NCBI GenBank assembly: GCA_951406725.2
Contig: OX597836.1
Location: 9,548,001 to 9,612,000 of the forward strand
Origin: Octopus vulgaris
Lineage: Eukaryota
Direction of reading: 5' to 3'
DNA: 64,000 nt
Position numbers and translations under genes: made by a program. Positions within the stretch are counted from its first letter, which is position 1. Each line of letters starts with the position of its first letter. Below, piece by piece: positions 40,902 to 54,119 of the stretch. Below the pieces are notes generated by a model. It did not search any database. It was not told the origin of the DNA and saw only the letters and a list, made by a program, of their open reading frames with translations.

Positions 40902-41348
40902 GTATGTATCTTAAAGCTATAACCTACAACAAAAGATTCTTTCTTTCTTTCTTTTTTTTTGTATATTCTGGGTATTAGACTAATTCGTACATTAACTACG
41001 ACACTTCTTATACAAATATGTATCGATCACATGTATGTTATTGTATGACAAAACATATACACACACACATACCTTTATACATAAAACACGCCTTGTCTTA
41101 CAAATGTTTTTTGTTTTAATTTAAAATTTTAGTTTGACATTATTTACATAAAATACATTTTTTCCTATTCCAGCAAGAAAACAAAACAACAAAAAAAACA
41201 AGAAAGCATAAGAAAAAATACAAACTAAACTACAAAACTCTGGTTAGAGATTAAATGTCCTGGATGATATAGTTGAGATTGTCAAGAGTGAATGCTAGCT
41301 AAGTTTTGATGATGATGATGATGATGATGAAAGAGCAGAGTATAACAT

Positions 41349-41811
41349 TAACCCTTTCGTTACCATATTTCTGTTGAGATGTTCTGTGTTTCTTTCAATT
41401 ACTTTAAATATAACAAAGAATATAGTAAAATAACTTAGTTACCATTCAGCTAGTGTTAGGAACATAAATTGTGACTAAGGTTTGGTGGAAGATTTTAATT
41501 CAGAACTTTTGGAAACATGACATTTGTACTACAGAGCCAGAGGCGGTTTCAGCTGGGTTAGTATCAAAAGGGTTAAAAATATCATGGTGACTTTAACCCT
41601 TTTGTTACCTTATTTCTGTTGAGATGTTCTGTGTTTCTTTCAATTAATTTTAAATATAACAAAGAATTTAGTAAAATAACTTAGTTATTATTCAGCTAGT
41701 GTTAGGAACATAAATTGTGACTAAGGCTTGGTGGAATATTTTAATTCAAAACTTATGAAAACAAGACATTTTACCACAGAGCCAGAGCCGGGTTAGTAAC
41801 AAAAGGGTTAA
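41349..41811. mobile_element. Two adjacent piggyBac-like MITEs
   Basis: TTAACCCTTT...AAAGGGTTAA units at 41349-41576 and 41593-41811 with a different short spacer. Confidence 0.8.
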
Positions 41812-41978
41812 GAATGTGGTGGTGGGTGGGTGGGGAGACCAATATTGGTATTACGTATTTTATTGTAGTTGGATCGTTGCCCTCATCTTGATTATTGCCT
41901 TCTCTGTGTTTTGCTTTCCTCGCAGGCCACTTGGAGAATGCTGGAACATACCAGAGCCAAAATGTAGTGAAAACAACA

Positions 41979-42250
41979 ATAAAGATGAGGAGACCAGTCT
42001 GGCTAATATAAAATAAAGATAAGGAGACCAGTCTGGCTAATATAAAATAAAGATGAGGAAACCAGTTTGGCTAATATAAAATAAAGATAAGGAGACCAGT
42101 CTGGCTAATATAAAATAAAGAAGAGGAGACCAGTCTGGCTAATATAAAATAAAGATAAGGAGACCAGTCTGGCTAATATAAAATAAAGATGAGGAGACCA
42201 GTCTGGCTGATATAAAATAAAGATGAGACCAGTCTGGCTAATATAAAATA
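41979..42250. repeat. 34-bp minisatellite, ~8 copies
   Basis: Unit ataaagatgaggagaccagtctggctaatataaa. Confidence 0.93.
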
Positions 42251-42960
42251 CATAATATTTGTTAATTTCTCTTCTTAGAAATACAGAATTGAAATATAGG
42301 TGTTGTTTGTCTGATTAATGCAGCTGATATCTCTCACTCTAAATATCTATTTCTTATATTTAACTTATATATTTTTTAAATCTAATGAGGTCTGACAGCT
42401 GTTTAATCATTAAGAGGAATCAACTAATTGCCGTCGACGTTGTGGTGGCATAAACAAATTCAAAATAGTCTTCAGCACAGCATTAGAAGAACGAGGCCAT
42501 TGCTGATAGTAATGTTTTTTAAAACTTTTAACCAAGGTATGAAGCCATTAACTTTTGGAGGCATTGTGCAGTGGGGTGGGGGTCTTAATGTATTTTTTGA
42601 TCCAGGAGGACAAACGACGAAGCTGGCTTTGGCAAGATTTGATCTGGGTCCAGAAGGATGTAACTAAATAATGAAAGGCACCCCATCCATATTTGCCACT
42701 CCAGAACCCTAATGAGAATATAGTGAACTAGAAGGAATATATTATATCAAAATGTCTATGTTTTTTGAAACTGAAAAGAAATAGAAGGAAACACAACAAA
42801 ACAAAACAATTTATGCTTTGTCTTCTTGTTCATATATTTTCGTTTGAATGGTTTGTGTGAGCTTGTACACATGTATTTAAGCAAGTAAAATTTTGAAGAC
42901 AAATTGTTTCTCTATGTCAGCTCTTCAGAATACTAATTGCAGAAATAGTAATTATGTTCA

Positions 42961-43361
42961 GGATCTTTTTGGTTTGAACGGCAGTTTTTAACATAATTTC
43001 TAGGTAACTAAAAAATTTTAAATTTCGTATACTGGTAGAATGTGTTTATAAACATCTTTTTCTCTTGGCTTTATTGAGAAAATTCTATAGTTTGTTGTTT
43101 TTTTTTTTCTTCAATTTCTGCAATTTCAACCAATCAGTGACGTCTATTGAGTTAAAAAGCATTCTGTGCCGTATGAATATGTCCCTCGTTTAAGAAACAG
43201 ATTGGATTTATTTGCATTTCTGAAGAAAAAAAAGATACCCTTCCCCCACCCCTAACCCTAAAACAGATTGAAATGCAATAGATCGATTCTAGGGTCATAA
43301 TTATGGGTGTAATTTCATATGACACCGCGAGAAAAAACTGCCGTTTAAACCGAAAAGATCC
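42961..43361. mobile_element. MITE with 9-bp TSD (Mutator- or Merlin-like)
   Basis: TIRs ggatctttttggtttgaacggcagttttt / aaaaaactgccgtttaaaccgaaaagatcc; perfect TTATGTTCA duplication. Confidence 0.88.
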
Positions 43362-46089
43362 TTATGTTCATTCTAAAAACTGAAACAAAAGTAAAAGGGT
43401 GTTTTTTTTTAACCCTCCTGCTAATGTTTCATCTCTACAATTAACCAATACAAAATGTACCTTATTCCCCCAGTTAATTTTCCAAAGAGTTACCATGGCA
43501 AAGCTAACTTTGACTTGAATGACTCTTTATATTACTCTGCTACAAAAATAGAACTGGATTCTTTTATTCAAGTCTCTGGTTTGAATCAATTGTCACTAGA
43601 CAGGCAGACACACATACATACTCAAATGTGCATACAGAATGGCCTGTTGACCAATGTTAGCAAAATGGTGTATTGAAATTAACAAAAATTAAATCTGAAT
43701 CATCATCAAGTTAATTAAAAATTTATCTGATCCAAAACAACAAGCTATGAACTATATTAATTTTTATCAAATAATGTTACCTGTCTCTCTCTGTTTCTAC
43801 TTCCTTCTTTTTGAAGTTTTAACGACTGTAATGTGATTAATGTACCTCTGATTAGTTTGTACTGATGACACACCATCATGTTGAAACTGTTCTGTTTATA
43901 AATATTAAAAGATTAAATATAATATTAAGAACAAAAATATAGAGTGTTTTTTATTTAATCAATGAGAATTCTTTTACAGTAAGACATCTTTCTTTTGCAA
44001 AGAGACTGAACAACAGTGACATAAGAAACAAGCTTTTAAATTATACAGCTATCCCATTGAAACAGCTGTACAAATTTTCACAACGCCACAGTTCCAGGTT
44101 CAGTCCCACAACGTGGCACGTTGGGCAAGTGTCTTCTACCATAGACTCAGGCTAGCTAAGCCTTGTGAGTGAATTTGGTAGGTAGAAACTAAGGGAAGCC
44201 TGTCATGTGTGTGTTTTGTCTTTGTATCAGTTTTTGTCCCCATCCACTGCTTCACAAACTGATGTTAGTGTTCGTCTTTATAACTTAGCAGTTCAGCAAA
44301 AGAGACCAATACAATAAGTACCAGGTTTCAAAAAAAAAAAAAAAGCACTTGGGTCAATTCATTCGACTAAAATTCTTCAAGATAGTGCTCCAGCATGGCC
44401 ACAGTCAAATGACTGAAATGAATAAAAGTTAAAATGCACAGCAGTGGTTTGGCAGAACTTTAATGTCCACTTTTCCCATGCTTGCATGCATGAGACAGTT
44501 TACCAAGGTAGACTTTCTATGACTGGATGCCTTCCCTGTCACAAAGCCTTGTTTCCAACCAAGGTAATATTTATGGCCGAACACAGAGAAACAACACAGA
44601 ATATTGGAAAGGAACAATGCTCAAACTATTGCCTGATATGAAGACAAAGTGCCACAAATGTAAGACATATGCTCACACACACACACACACATGACAAGCT
44701 TCTTTCAGTTTCCACCTACCAAATCCACTCACAAGGCTTTGATCGGTTTTGAGCTATAGTAGAAGATATTTGTCTACTGTTTCCACGAAGTGTGGTGGAA
44801 CTCAAGACCATGGGTTTAGGAAGTGAATTTCTTAACCCCACAGCTATAACAGGACATTGAAACTGAACAGAAATGAAAAAAATGGCTACAAACCAACAGA
44901 AACAGGAAAATATATCCTGGAATTAATTTCACCGATCCAGAATTTTGTATCTCTTGGCGTTAAGAGTTCTGCTATAAGTTAAAGTAGCCCAGTGCAAGGT
45001 ATCAAACCTTGCACATATCCAGGGTACTGAACTGACCAGGGCCGGACTGTCCAAATCTGTGAAGTAATCAAGATTCATCATCATCGTTTAACATCTGTTT
45101 TCCATAGTGGCATTGGATGATCTGACAGGAGCTGTTAAGCCAGAGAGCTGCTCCAGGCTCCAATTGTCTGTTTTGACATGGTTTCTACAGCTTGATGCCC
45201 TTCCTAACATGCCAACCACATTACAAAATGTGTTGGGTGCTTTTAAATGTGTTTGATGCCATTAAAAAAATGGCAGAACAAAACAGTTTGATCTCAAATT
45301 ATCACAGGTGAGTTTTAGTGTCATGAAATGCAGACCCTCTCTGCCAAGAAGGGAATGCTTATCTTTGGTGGGGGGTGGGACAGTGGACAGCTGTGAGTGG
45401 CATGGAGAGGTTCATATAGGTGGATATGAGCAGTTAGTGATGGGTGCAGGAAGGACGAGTGTGAAAGGTGCGTGTGTGTGGGGGAAATAAGGGACTAGAA
45501 GAGAGGAGTTGCAGCAGGGAGCAGTGAAAGCTGCAGAAGTGACACAGAGGGGGGGGGGGGTGATATTTGTGAGTCTCAAGAGAGGTGGAGATGGTTAAAA
45601 TTCAAGATGGAGTGAGCAAGGAGACGAGATTTGAAGGAGGGCCATTGAGAGGGTAAAATGAAAGGTAGCATGCTCAAGATGGGAGAAAATTGAATCATTG
45701 GAGTGGGGGTGTAGTTGAAAGTGAGGAAACAGTGGATGAGGTGGAGGATTGCAGATAAGCTCACTGCCATAATATAGGTGCAGGAGTGGCTGTGTGGTAA
45801 GTAGCTTGCTTACCAACCACATGGTTCCAGGTTCAGTCCCACTGCGTGGCACCTTGGGCAAGTGTCTTCTGCTATAGCCTCGGGCTGACCAAAGCCTTGT
45901 GAGTGGATTAGGTAGACGGAAACTGAAAGAAGCTTGTCGTATATATGTATGTATGTGTGTCTGTGTTTGTGCTCCAGCATGGCCACAGTCAAATGACTGA
46001 AACAAGTAAAAGAGTAAAAAGAGAGTAAAGAGTAATCTGACCCCTAGAAGTTCGGTTTCATGCAAAGGCTGAAACATTTGTAAATATGT

Positions 46090-47960
46090 TTCTCCAAGAT
46101 CACTGCCATACAAATGGAGTGATAACCAATGAACAGGCAGGTAGGAAAAAAGGGAGTCTGGGTTTGTGCTGAACAGCTCCTTAAGAAAGCCAAGCAACTT
46201 CGCTGTAATCTCCTAACAATATGACTAGAATACGAGAAGGGGTTCCACTTTGTTCCCTACTCATGAATGATAGAATCACTACACCTTGCCAAAGTATCAG
46301 CTGCTATAGTGAATATCATTGAAAGACTGACCGCAACATGGTCCACACAGTTATCACTGACAACTGCTAAAGCAATACCTATAGTTAAAATCAGAATTAA
46401 GATATCAACAGGTATTTTCCAGGGTGATAGTTTATTGTAATGCTGTTTATACTGGCAGGGAATCCCTTGTCAGCCCTGTTAACAAAATGCCAAGGCTACA
46501 TGCCGGAATATGTGGAAAAGAATAGAGTTAAGAATAAAGTTTGTTGATGACCTAAAGTTACATTTTGATGATATGACCAACATCCAAGAGACAAAATTAA
46601 TTGCAACATTCTCACAGGATGTAAGAATGGAGTTTGTGCAAGGTAAATGCTTGTACATGATAGCCAATCAAGGAAAAAATTGTTGACCAGGCAGAGAACA
46701 TGTACATCAATGGTTTGTCTGTCCCCCCTTAATTCTAATGAGCAAAGCTACAAGTACATTGGAATAGCGAAGTCATTGCCAGTATCGCCTGACTAGCACC
46801 CGTGCCGGTGGCACGTAAAAAGCACCCACTCATTTAAATAAAATAAAGCTAAACGTCTGTGTGTCTGTACATTTATAAGATGAAAGGAAATAGAAGATAC
46901 ATAAAAACAAAGTATGTGTTCTCGTGCTACATAAAATTTACTTTCCATTGCGATTAGGGGGCTTAAAAAGAGGCAAACACCCCCTGTGAAATTTCAAATA
47001 CCTCCGATTTTAATGAAAATAACATAACTACTAGGTACTAAATAAAAACGATTTCCAAAATTTAAACATCTTACAATATTATTTAACCCCTCTAATGGGG
47101 TTTATAACACAGGATACAGCCGCTTTGATACAGCAGAGTGGTTGGCGTTAGGAAGGGCATCCAGCTGTAGAAACTCTGCAAAATCAAGATTGAAGCCTGG
47201 TTCGCCAGCCCTCAGTCAAAATCGTCCAACCCATGCTAGCATGGAAAGCAGGCGTTAAACGATGATGATGATGTTGCATACATTGGTGCTGTAACTAAAG
47301 TCATAATAATAAAAGAATACTTCTGTAGACCCTGGAAGATATGGAACCCAGAACTGTCTGTATTTAACAAAACCATATATCACAATGCTTTTGCAGTACC
47401 AGTGCTTGTGCCAATATTTGAGATATTGGACAGGACACTTGATGCTATATGCTGCCAGGGCATCAAAACCAGAAAGGTGCTGACCACCACTTGCAACTTC
47501 CACATAAACTGTGATACTGATAGGATTTATGTGAGATGAATTGATGGTGGTAGAGACATAAGGTCAATGAAAACAGCCTTTGAATGTATTACTCAGACGT
47601 CTGCTGAAAAGATAAGAAAGAAATATATTTCATGCATACTCAAAAGTGAGAGCAACAACATCTTGAAAGTTGGAGAAGAACTATGGTGCCATTACTCTGA
47701 GAATATAACTGTCTCATGCAATCCAAAGAAGGCTGGACTGGCCTACCTAAACAGAAACTTAGAGGGGAAGCAGGTATCATACCAGCAAGAAGCAATGCAT
47801 GGGTACACACCCTGTAGGCTAAAGGACCACAACAGCATTGAGAGGAAAAGCAGCCTCTCCTGGACCTGCGATAAATATATTACATCCCACCAAGAAGGAT
47901 ATGCCTTCACTATCCAGTAACAGGAGATTGTTATAAAATATCTGATAAATGGGAGGGAAA
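46090..47960 (+). mobile_element. Degenerate R4/Dong-like non-LTR reverse transcriptase, interrupted by a SINE and a nested insertion
   Basis: ggtattttccagggtgatagttta (GIFQGDSL), tttgttgatgacctaaagtta (FVDDLKL), YKYIG and MHG motifs, with many stops. The clade assignment is from recalled motifs. Confidence 0.65.
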
Positions 47961-48080
47961 AAGATATCACTAAACCTCCTTGATGTGATAAAAGCTAGTG
48001 TAAAAAAAGCTAAGTGTGCTGTTATTTTTCATACATAAACACATGTATACTGTGTCTAGGTAGATAAATATATTTAGATA

Positions 48081-48125
<45 letters not shown>

Positions 48126-48127
<2 letters not shown>

Positions 48128-48471
48128 TTGCAGCGTGGAAGGTGTTTATAAGCCATTTAAGAAACACACAAAAGCCGTTTGATTCACTTCAACATTTAAG
48201 TTCAATTTGTCAAAATATTTTCGTCGCTAAAATCCGCGACCTGTTCACTGACAAAAATCCGTGCACGGGATGCAGCACGGACTTTTGTCAGTGAACAGGT
48301 CGCGGATTTTATCGCCGAAAATATTTTGACAAATTGAACTTAAATGTTGAAGTGAATCGAACGGCTTTTGTGTGTTTCTTAAATGGCTTATAAACACCTT
48401 CCACGCTGCAATTGTTTTCGTTTCGGCACACGATCTCAGATCAAATTACTTGCTATGCGAGTACATCTCCG
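48126..48471 (+). mobile_element. Short palindromic non-coding element (Penelope pLTR-like) with two opposed hammerhead-like motifs
   Basis: ~140-bp inverted arms (48126-48264 / 48275-48413) plus a unique ~58-bp tail. Related copies at 56908-57227 and 24222-24890. Confidence 0.8.
48206..48255 (-). ncRNA. Minimal type I hammerhead-like ribozyme, G3-C8 core variant
   Basis: UUUGUCA GUGAACAG GUCGC ggauuuua GCGAC GAAAAUAUUU UGACAAA: stem I UUUGUCA/UGACAAA, stem II GUCGC/GCGAC, palindromic stem III AAUAUU. Confidence 0.65.
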
Positions 48472-48473
48472 TA

Positions 48474-48546
<73 letters not shown>

Positions 48547-49499
48547 AATATGCAATGCATGCATATGTACATTTATATGCTTAGCGAAAGAGAGAGTGAG
48601 AGAAAATGAAAGAGAGAGAGAAAAAGCAAAGAGATCAAAATAAAGTAAATGCGCAATAATGAGAGAGGAGGATAATGAATAATTGAGAGTTGGAGAGAGA
48701 TAGAATTAAAGTGGGGAAAAGCATAAAGGGAGACAAGAAAACATAAAGTTCATGTAACCTTTATTTAAAACCACAGGAGATAAAAAGGAAAGGAAATAAG
48801 TAAAAATATTTAATAGGTTCAACTGTTAATATTTAGCACACTGTAGGTGCATCATGCCACCATTATGAGTTTTCTCCCCTGTAGTAACAGGGCAGTGGCA
48901 GGGGAGACAATTTTAAAGAAAATGCAGTATAGTAAAGGTTAATCAAGCAACAACTTAGGATTTGATGTCTCAATGTATTAATACAAGACTGACAAAATAA
49001 TAATGAGGATTAAAATTAAAAGTTGAGAAGAATACCATGTAAATGCATCTTGAACTGAGGTCAGGGAAATCTGACATTTGAAAAACTTGAATGGTTAACT
49101 GCTGAAATGTTTGGCCTTCCGGCCATTTCCTACTAACTTATTAGCCTACAATGATATCTATTGGCTCGTCTAATATTTACAGGGCCAGGAGTAACAGCCA
49201 TTTTAATCAACCTCTTTATTTAAGTATTTATTTAAATAATACAGTGGGGATAAGAAGCAATGTCGGAATTTGTAGAATTTGAGCAAAGAATATAAAAAAA
49301 ATTGGAACTAAATACTCTTAAACATGGTCGTGTAGTTAAGGAGATCACTTCTCAGTCATATGGGTTTGGGTTCAATCCTAGTGAATGGTACCTTGAGCAG
49401 TTATTTTCCACTGAATCCCAGGGGCAATCAATACCTTGTGATGAAGGTGAGCAAGACAAACATTTGAAATCATTTAACAATTTTAATTAAACAACCCAG

Positions 49500-50290
49500 C
49501 AGGTATTTTATTGTCAGGACATTTTTACTTGGTTTGAAGGCTTTTTGAAATGGTGAATCCTTAAATGGAATCTAATTTTTATTATGTTTAGATTTCAAGA
49601 TACCCAAACACCACAATCTTTGCCATTTTCCTCATTTTTCAGAAAAATGCATTGTCTGTTTGTGGAAATGCTGTCAGAAATTAAGAGCCAAGGAAAAACA
49701 TTGGATCATCAAAGATTGGCCACAACAAACATTACTTCCAGGGTCTTTTAATGTAGCTGAAGAGCCTTTATTTCAACTGGTTAAAAAAAAATATCTTCCT
49801 CAAATCCATTTGGTATTATGAAGCAGATTGTTGAAGTTCTGGATAAAGACAAACCATTTTTTCACTATATTTGCAGCATGTTTCCCAGTCTGAGCAGCAA
49901 AAAGATAAATGCTGGAGTATTTGACGAGCCTCAAATCAGAAAATCTATGAAAGATGAGAACATGAAACATGGAACTTATTTGTAATAGTTGTAAATAACT
50001 TTCTGGGAAAGAAGAAAGCAACCAGTTATGCTGAAATAGTTGACAACATGCTGGAGAACTTTCAAAACTTGACAGCAAATATAAGCATAAAGCTGCACAA
50101 TGCCCACAGCCACCATGATGAATTCCCTAAAGATCTTGGTGACACAAGTAACTAGCATGGAGAACATTTCCATCAGGACATAAAATCAATGGAATAAAGG
50201 TATCAAGGCAAATGAGTCTTGTATACGATGGTGGACCCATACTAGAACTTGGTTCGTCATCTTCCTGAGGTTCATCATTCAGGAAAAGTA
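49500..50290 (+). mobile_element. Degenerate DNA transposase, Chapaev3-like
   Basis: Decayed GVFDxPQIRK, HSH and GEHFHQDIKSME.RYQG motifs are readable across stops. The family assignment is from recall. Confidence 0.6.
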
Positions 50291-50570
50291 TCCAAACAGA
50301 TATTCATGGGAAATTAGGCATAAAACAATGATATAAGTTGCCTATAGAAATTTGAAGATTTTTAATAGTTCTTCAGTAGAATTTCAAGAAAACATTCTGG
50401 TTTTGAAGGAAAATCCATTGCTATGTATGTTTGTATGTTATACCTTATTCCTCATAAGCTGTTTTATTGAAAGACCAATGAAATTCTATGCATCCAGTAT
50501 CTTAAGATCTTGACATGATGATGATACATGGATGTCACTTTCAGATTCTGTGTGCCAAAAAAATCTTATT

Positions 50571-51740
50571 TCACAACCATTTTTTTTGCCAGATGGCAGA
50601 AAATTTTTCTTTGTTGATTTGTTTTATTTTTGTATATCTAAAATAAAACACTTTGTTGTCTTTTTGGCTCATCATCATAGCATTTTCACCAAAACCACTT
50701 CGGCTTATTATCAACGTATCACATTCACTCAGAATATATTGGTCCAAAAACGCCTTCCTTACACCATCACACTTGTTTTTCATCTCCTTACGTGGCCGAT
50801 CCATATGCATTATTCCCCCTGATGTGTACACAATTTGAGGAGAAAATTTTTTAAAAGCTATCGCCTGTACCACTTCTGAGTCTGTTGTCACAAATATTTT
50901 GTACTTGCTTGTGTTGTACTTATTTAACAAGTTCCAAACAATCTGAATACTTGACATTGAATTCCTTGGGGGATCTCTTGGAACACTAGGGTTCTGTCCC
51001 ATTCGAATCTGAGCACACACCAGATGTATATCTGGCCTGGGGATATTGACTTCAAAGAATTTGTCAAATTTTTCCTGTAAATGATCGCTGAAGCGAAACA
51101 ATAAATTCATCATTTTAGCAAATAAATTTCCATATGACATTTTTGATGCCCAATGCAGTTGTTCTTTGTAGCGAGGATTCCGTTTCAAGGCATGAAAATA
51201 GATTCGATTTGTTGTCACATAGAGGACATCTTCAGGGTAAAGCATTTCTAAGTCTGCTGATTGTAAAGAGGAAATGTACGTATTGTTGTCAACCAAATGA
51301 AGGCGACGACTTCTTAGGCCATGCAACTCTTTTGGGTCAATTGTCCAGTTAATTTTGTTTGGTTGAAAATAATTAGTAAAATTACAAAGTCTTGAAATAA
51401 TGATGCCAAAACGACGACCCATGGCCTGTGCCATTAAATATATAGAAATTATTCCATGCTGTCTATCTCCCCAACCTCCACAACCTCTATGATCAACACA
51501 GTAAAAAATAATATATTTAGTTTTGTTGTTTAACTGAACCAATTCCTGTTTCTCTTTGCTTACAGTTTTCTTATTTATATGATGCACTTGATTATTTGGA
51601 AATACCTTAGAATTATTTATAAACTTTTGGTTGTGTTTGTTTAATGTTGTCACTGTATATTCTTTATTCGCAGAATATTGCTTCCAGGCAAACAGTAGAA
51701 AGAAGCTGCTGACCACAGCAATGAATCCAAGAACTCGAAT
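50571..51740 (-). CDS. Type II membrane O-/alpha-1,6-type (GT-B fold) fucosyltransferase-like protein, large terminal exon
   Basis: 1170-nt open exon after the - strand acceptor tttttatcatttctag. It begins with the hydrophobic anchor IRVLGFIAVVSSFFLLFAW. Motifs GGWGDR, VCAQIRMG, IFVTTDS and DQYILSECDTLIISRSGFG correspond to the conserved alpha2/alpha6/O-fucosyltransferase motifs. The exon carrying the start codon was not located. Confidence 0.85.
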   Translation of the reverse strand: MRVLGFIAVVSSFFLLFAWKQYSANKEYTVTTLNKHNQKFINNSKVFPNNQVHHINKKTVSKEKQELVQLNNKTKYIIFYCVDHRGCGGWGDRQHGIISIYLMAQAMGRRFGIIISRLCNFTNYFQPNKINWTIDPKELHGLRSRRLHLVDNNTYISSLQSADLEMLYPEDVLYVTTNRIYFHALKRNPRYKEQLHWASKMSYGNLFAKMMNLLFRFSDHLQEKFDKFFEVNIPRPDIHLVCAQIRMGQNPSVPRDPPRNSMSSIQIVWNLLNKYNTSKYKIFVTTDSEVVQAIAFKKFSPQIVYTSGGIMHMDRPRKEMKNKCDGVRKAFLDQYILSECDTLIISRSGFGENAMMMSQKDNKVFYFRYTKIKQINKEKFSAIWQKKWL

Positions 51741-51867
51741 CTAGAAATGATAAAAAGAAATAAGTGAAAATATGACAACTTTGTAATAAAATACCATAAA
51801 CAAATAGAAAAGAAGTCTTCTATTGCAATTTTTAGTTTTTCAGTTTTTACTAGCTTATAGGTACCGG

Positions 51868-52055
51868 CATGGCTGTATGGCTAAGGAGTTTGCTTCTCAA
51901 CCACAAAGTTTCAGGTTCAGTCCCACTGCATGGTTGTATGGCTAAGGAGTTTGCTTCTCAACCACAAAGTTTCAGGTTCAGTCCCACTGCATGGTTGTAT
52001 GGCTAAGGAGTTTGCTTCTCAACCACAAAGTTTCAGGTTCAGTCCCACTGCATGG
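51868..52055 (+). repeat. 61-bp triplication of a SINE tRNA-like head
   Basis: catgg(c/t)tgtatggctaaggag...ggttcagtcccactg at 51868, 51929 and 51990. Confidence 0.9.
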
Positions 52056-53836
52056 CACCTAGGGCAAGGCTCTTCAACTACAGCTTACTTGTCTTCTATT
52101 ATATTAATACTATGCATGAGTGTGGGTGTGTGCATGTTTATGTCTCCTTATCTTGACAGTGTATGATTATTGTAAATGAATATCCTTCTTCGTTTCCAGT
52201 GTTGTGTGAAAATCTGTCTGACCATGGGAAGATGCTGAGCTGGCAGAACTGTTAGCATGCCAGACAAAATGCTTAGCGGTATTTTGTCCGTCTTTACACT
52301 CTGAGCTCAAATTCTGCCGACGTTCACTTTAACCTTCATCCTTTGCGAGTCAATAAAATAAGTACCAGTCATGTACTGGGGTTGATGCATCCAAGTTCCC
52401 CCTTCCCTCAGAAAGGCCTGCCCTCTACCATAATTTAAAACCAATATGTCTGAATATGGAGAAATACTAAACTGAAACAGATAAGGGTTGGTGACAGGAT
52501 GGGCACCCAGTCGTAGAAAATCTGCCATGGTAAATTTGCTCACCCCATGCAAACATGGAAAAATGATTGTTAAAATTAGACTACCATCAGACATTCTGCT
52601 GTTTATAAGAATACTTACGACCCATTAATGCCAGCATTTTAATTCAAATCATTCTTGTATGCTAGCTAATTCCCTACTTTGGTTAACCATAATTTGGTCT
52701 TACCTTAGTAATAGACAATGTATTAGACCATATCCAGACATTCTACTACCTAGATCAATTGCAGTTGGATAATTCCCTACATTGTTAACCATGATTTGTT
52801 TTCACCCTAGTGATAGATAATCAACAAGACCCTAGTCAAACATTTTGACATTTGTGAACGGACATTTGTAACAGGGACATGTTAAGGACATAAGAAAGTT
52901 TAACACATTCCTTAAAATATTGGGCACAAAAGATTACAACATACACATACACACTAATGCACACGCAACACACTAACAAACATTAACCACACACATACAC
53001 ACACACACACACAAACGGGCACACATATACACACACCATCCTACCAGATTTTACAAACACACAGACACATCTATTCACACCACATATCTATATACACACA
53101 CACACTCAAATCATATTGACCTCTAAAGCCAATCCCCCAAATCATTGATGCTTGAAGGAGAGACATATGGGAGAAATTCTTTTCAGTTCCATATTACTCC
53201 TCCTTCCCCCCACCCAAACACACCAACAGTGTCCCTTGAAAGAGATAATATTCTTTTATGTTAACATGGTGGACAGATCAGTTTTAGCTTCCCTACTATT
53301 ATAATGTAAACCTTTTTGAACTCATAATATTCTGTGCATGTATACCAATATCCCACTGAACTTTTTAATAATTCCTTCTGGAAATTATCTTGAGAACGTA
53401 TAATATATTTACTGTAATCTTTTGTGCCCAATATTTCAATGAACTTGTTAAATTTTTTATGTTCTTAACATGCTCTTGTCACCAAAGAATGTATATATAA
53501 TATTCTGTGCGTGTTTGAATATACAGATACAATACCAATATCCCACTGAACTTTTTAATAATTCCTTCTGGAAACTATCTTTAACATATTCTTGAGAATG
53601 ATTATTTATGTTGTAATCTTTTGTGCCCAATATTTTGAGGAACTTGTTAAACTTTCTTATGTCCTTAACATGTCCGTGTTACCAAAGACTGTATATATGT
53701 AATGTAGCATTTTGTAACAACCAATAATTAACGCAACCAAACTTCTACATGTTACTTTTGACAATCTTTTTCCAAAGAGTGAGACCGGTAAAGTAAATAA
53801 ACATCTTTTAAAAATTGCATTTTCAAACCTTCTTTC

Positions 53837-54010
<174 letters not shown>

Positions 54011-54119
54011 ACACATATACATACGCACATATGTCTGCATGCGTACGTGTATGCATGCCCATGTGTGTAATATATATATTTTTTTATTTTATCTAGTTTC
54101 GGCTCATGAGCTGTGGCCA

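Noticed and set aside
41979-42250. Regular 34-bp repeats resembling a CRISPR array (likewise the 48-, 62- and 107-bp arrays)
   Set aside because: Head-to-tail units with no unique spacers, no cas genes, eukaryotic context.
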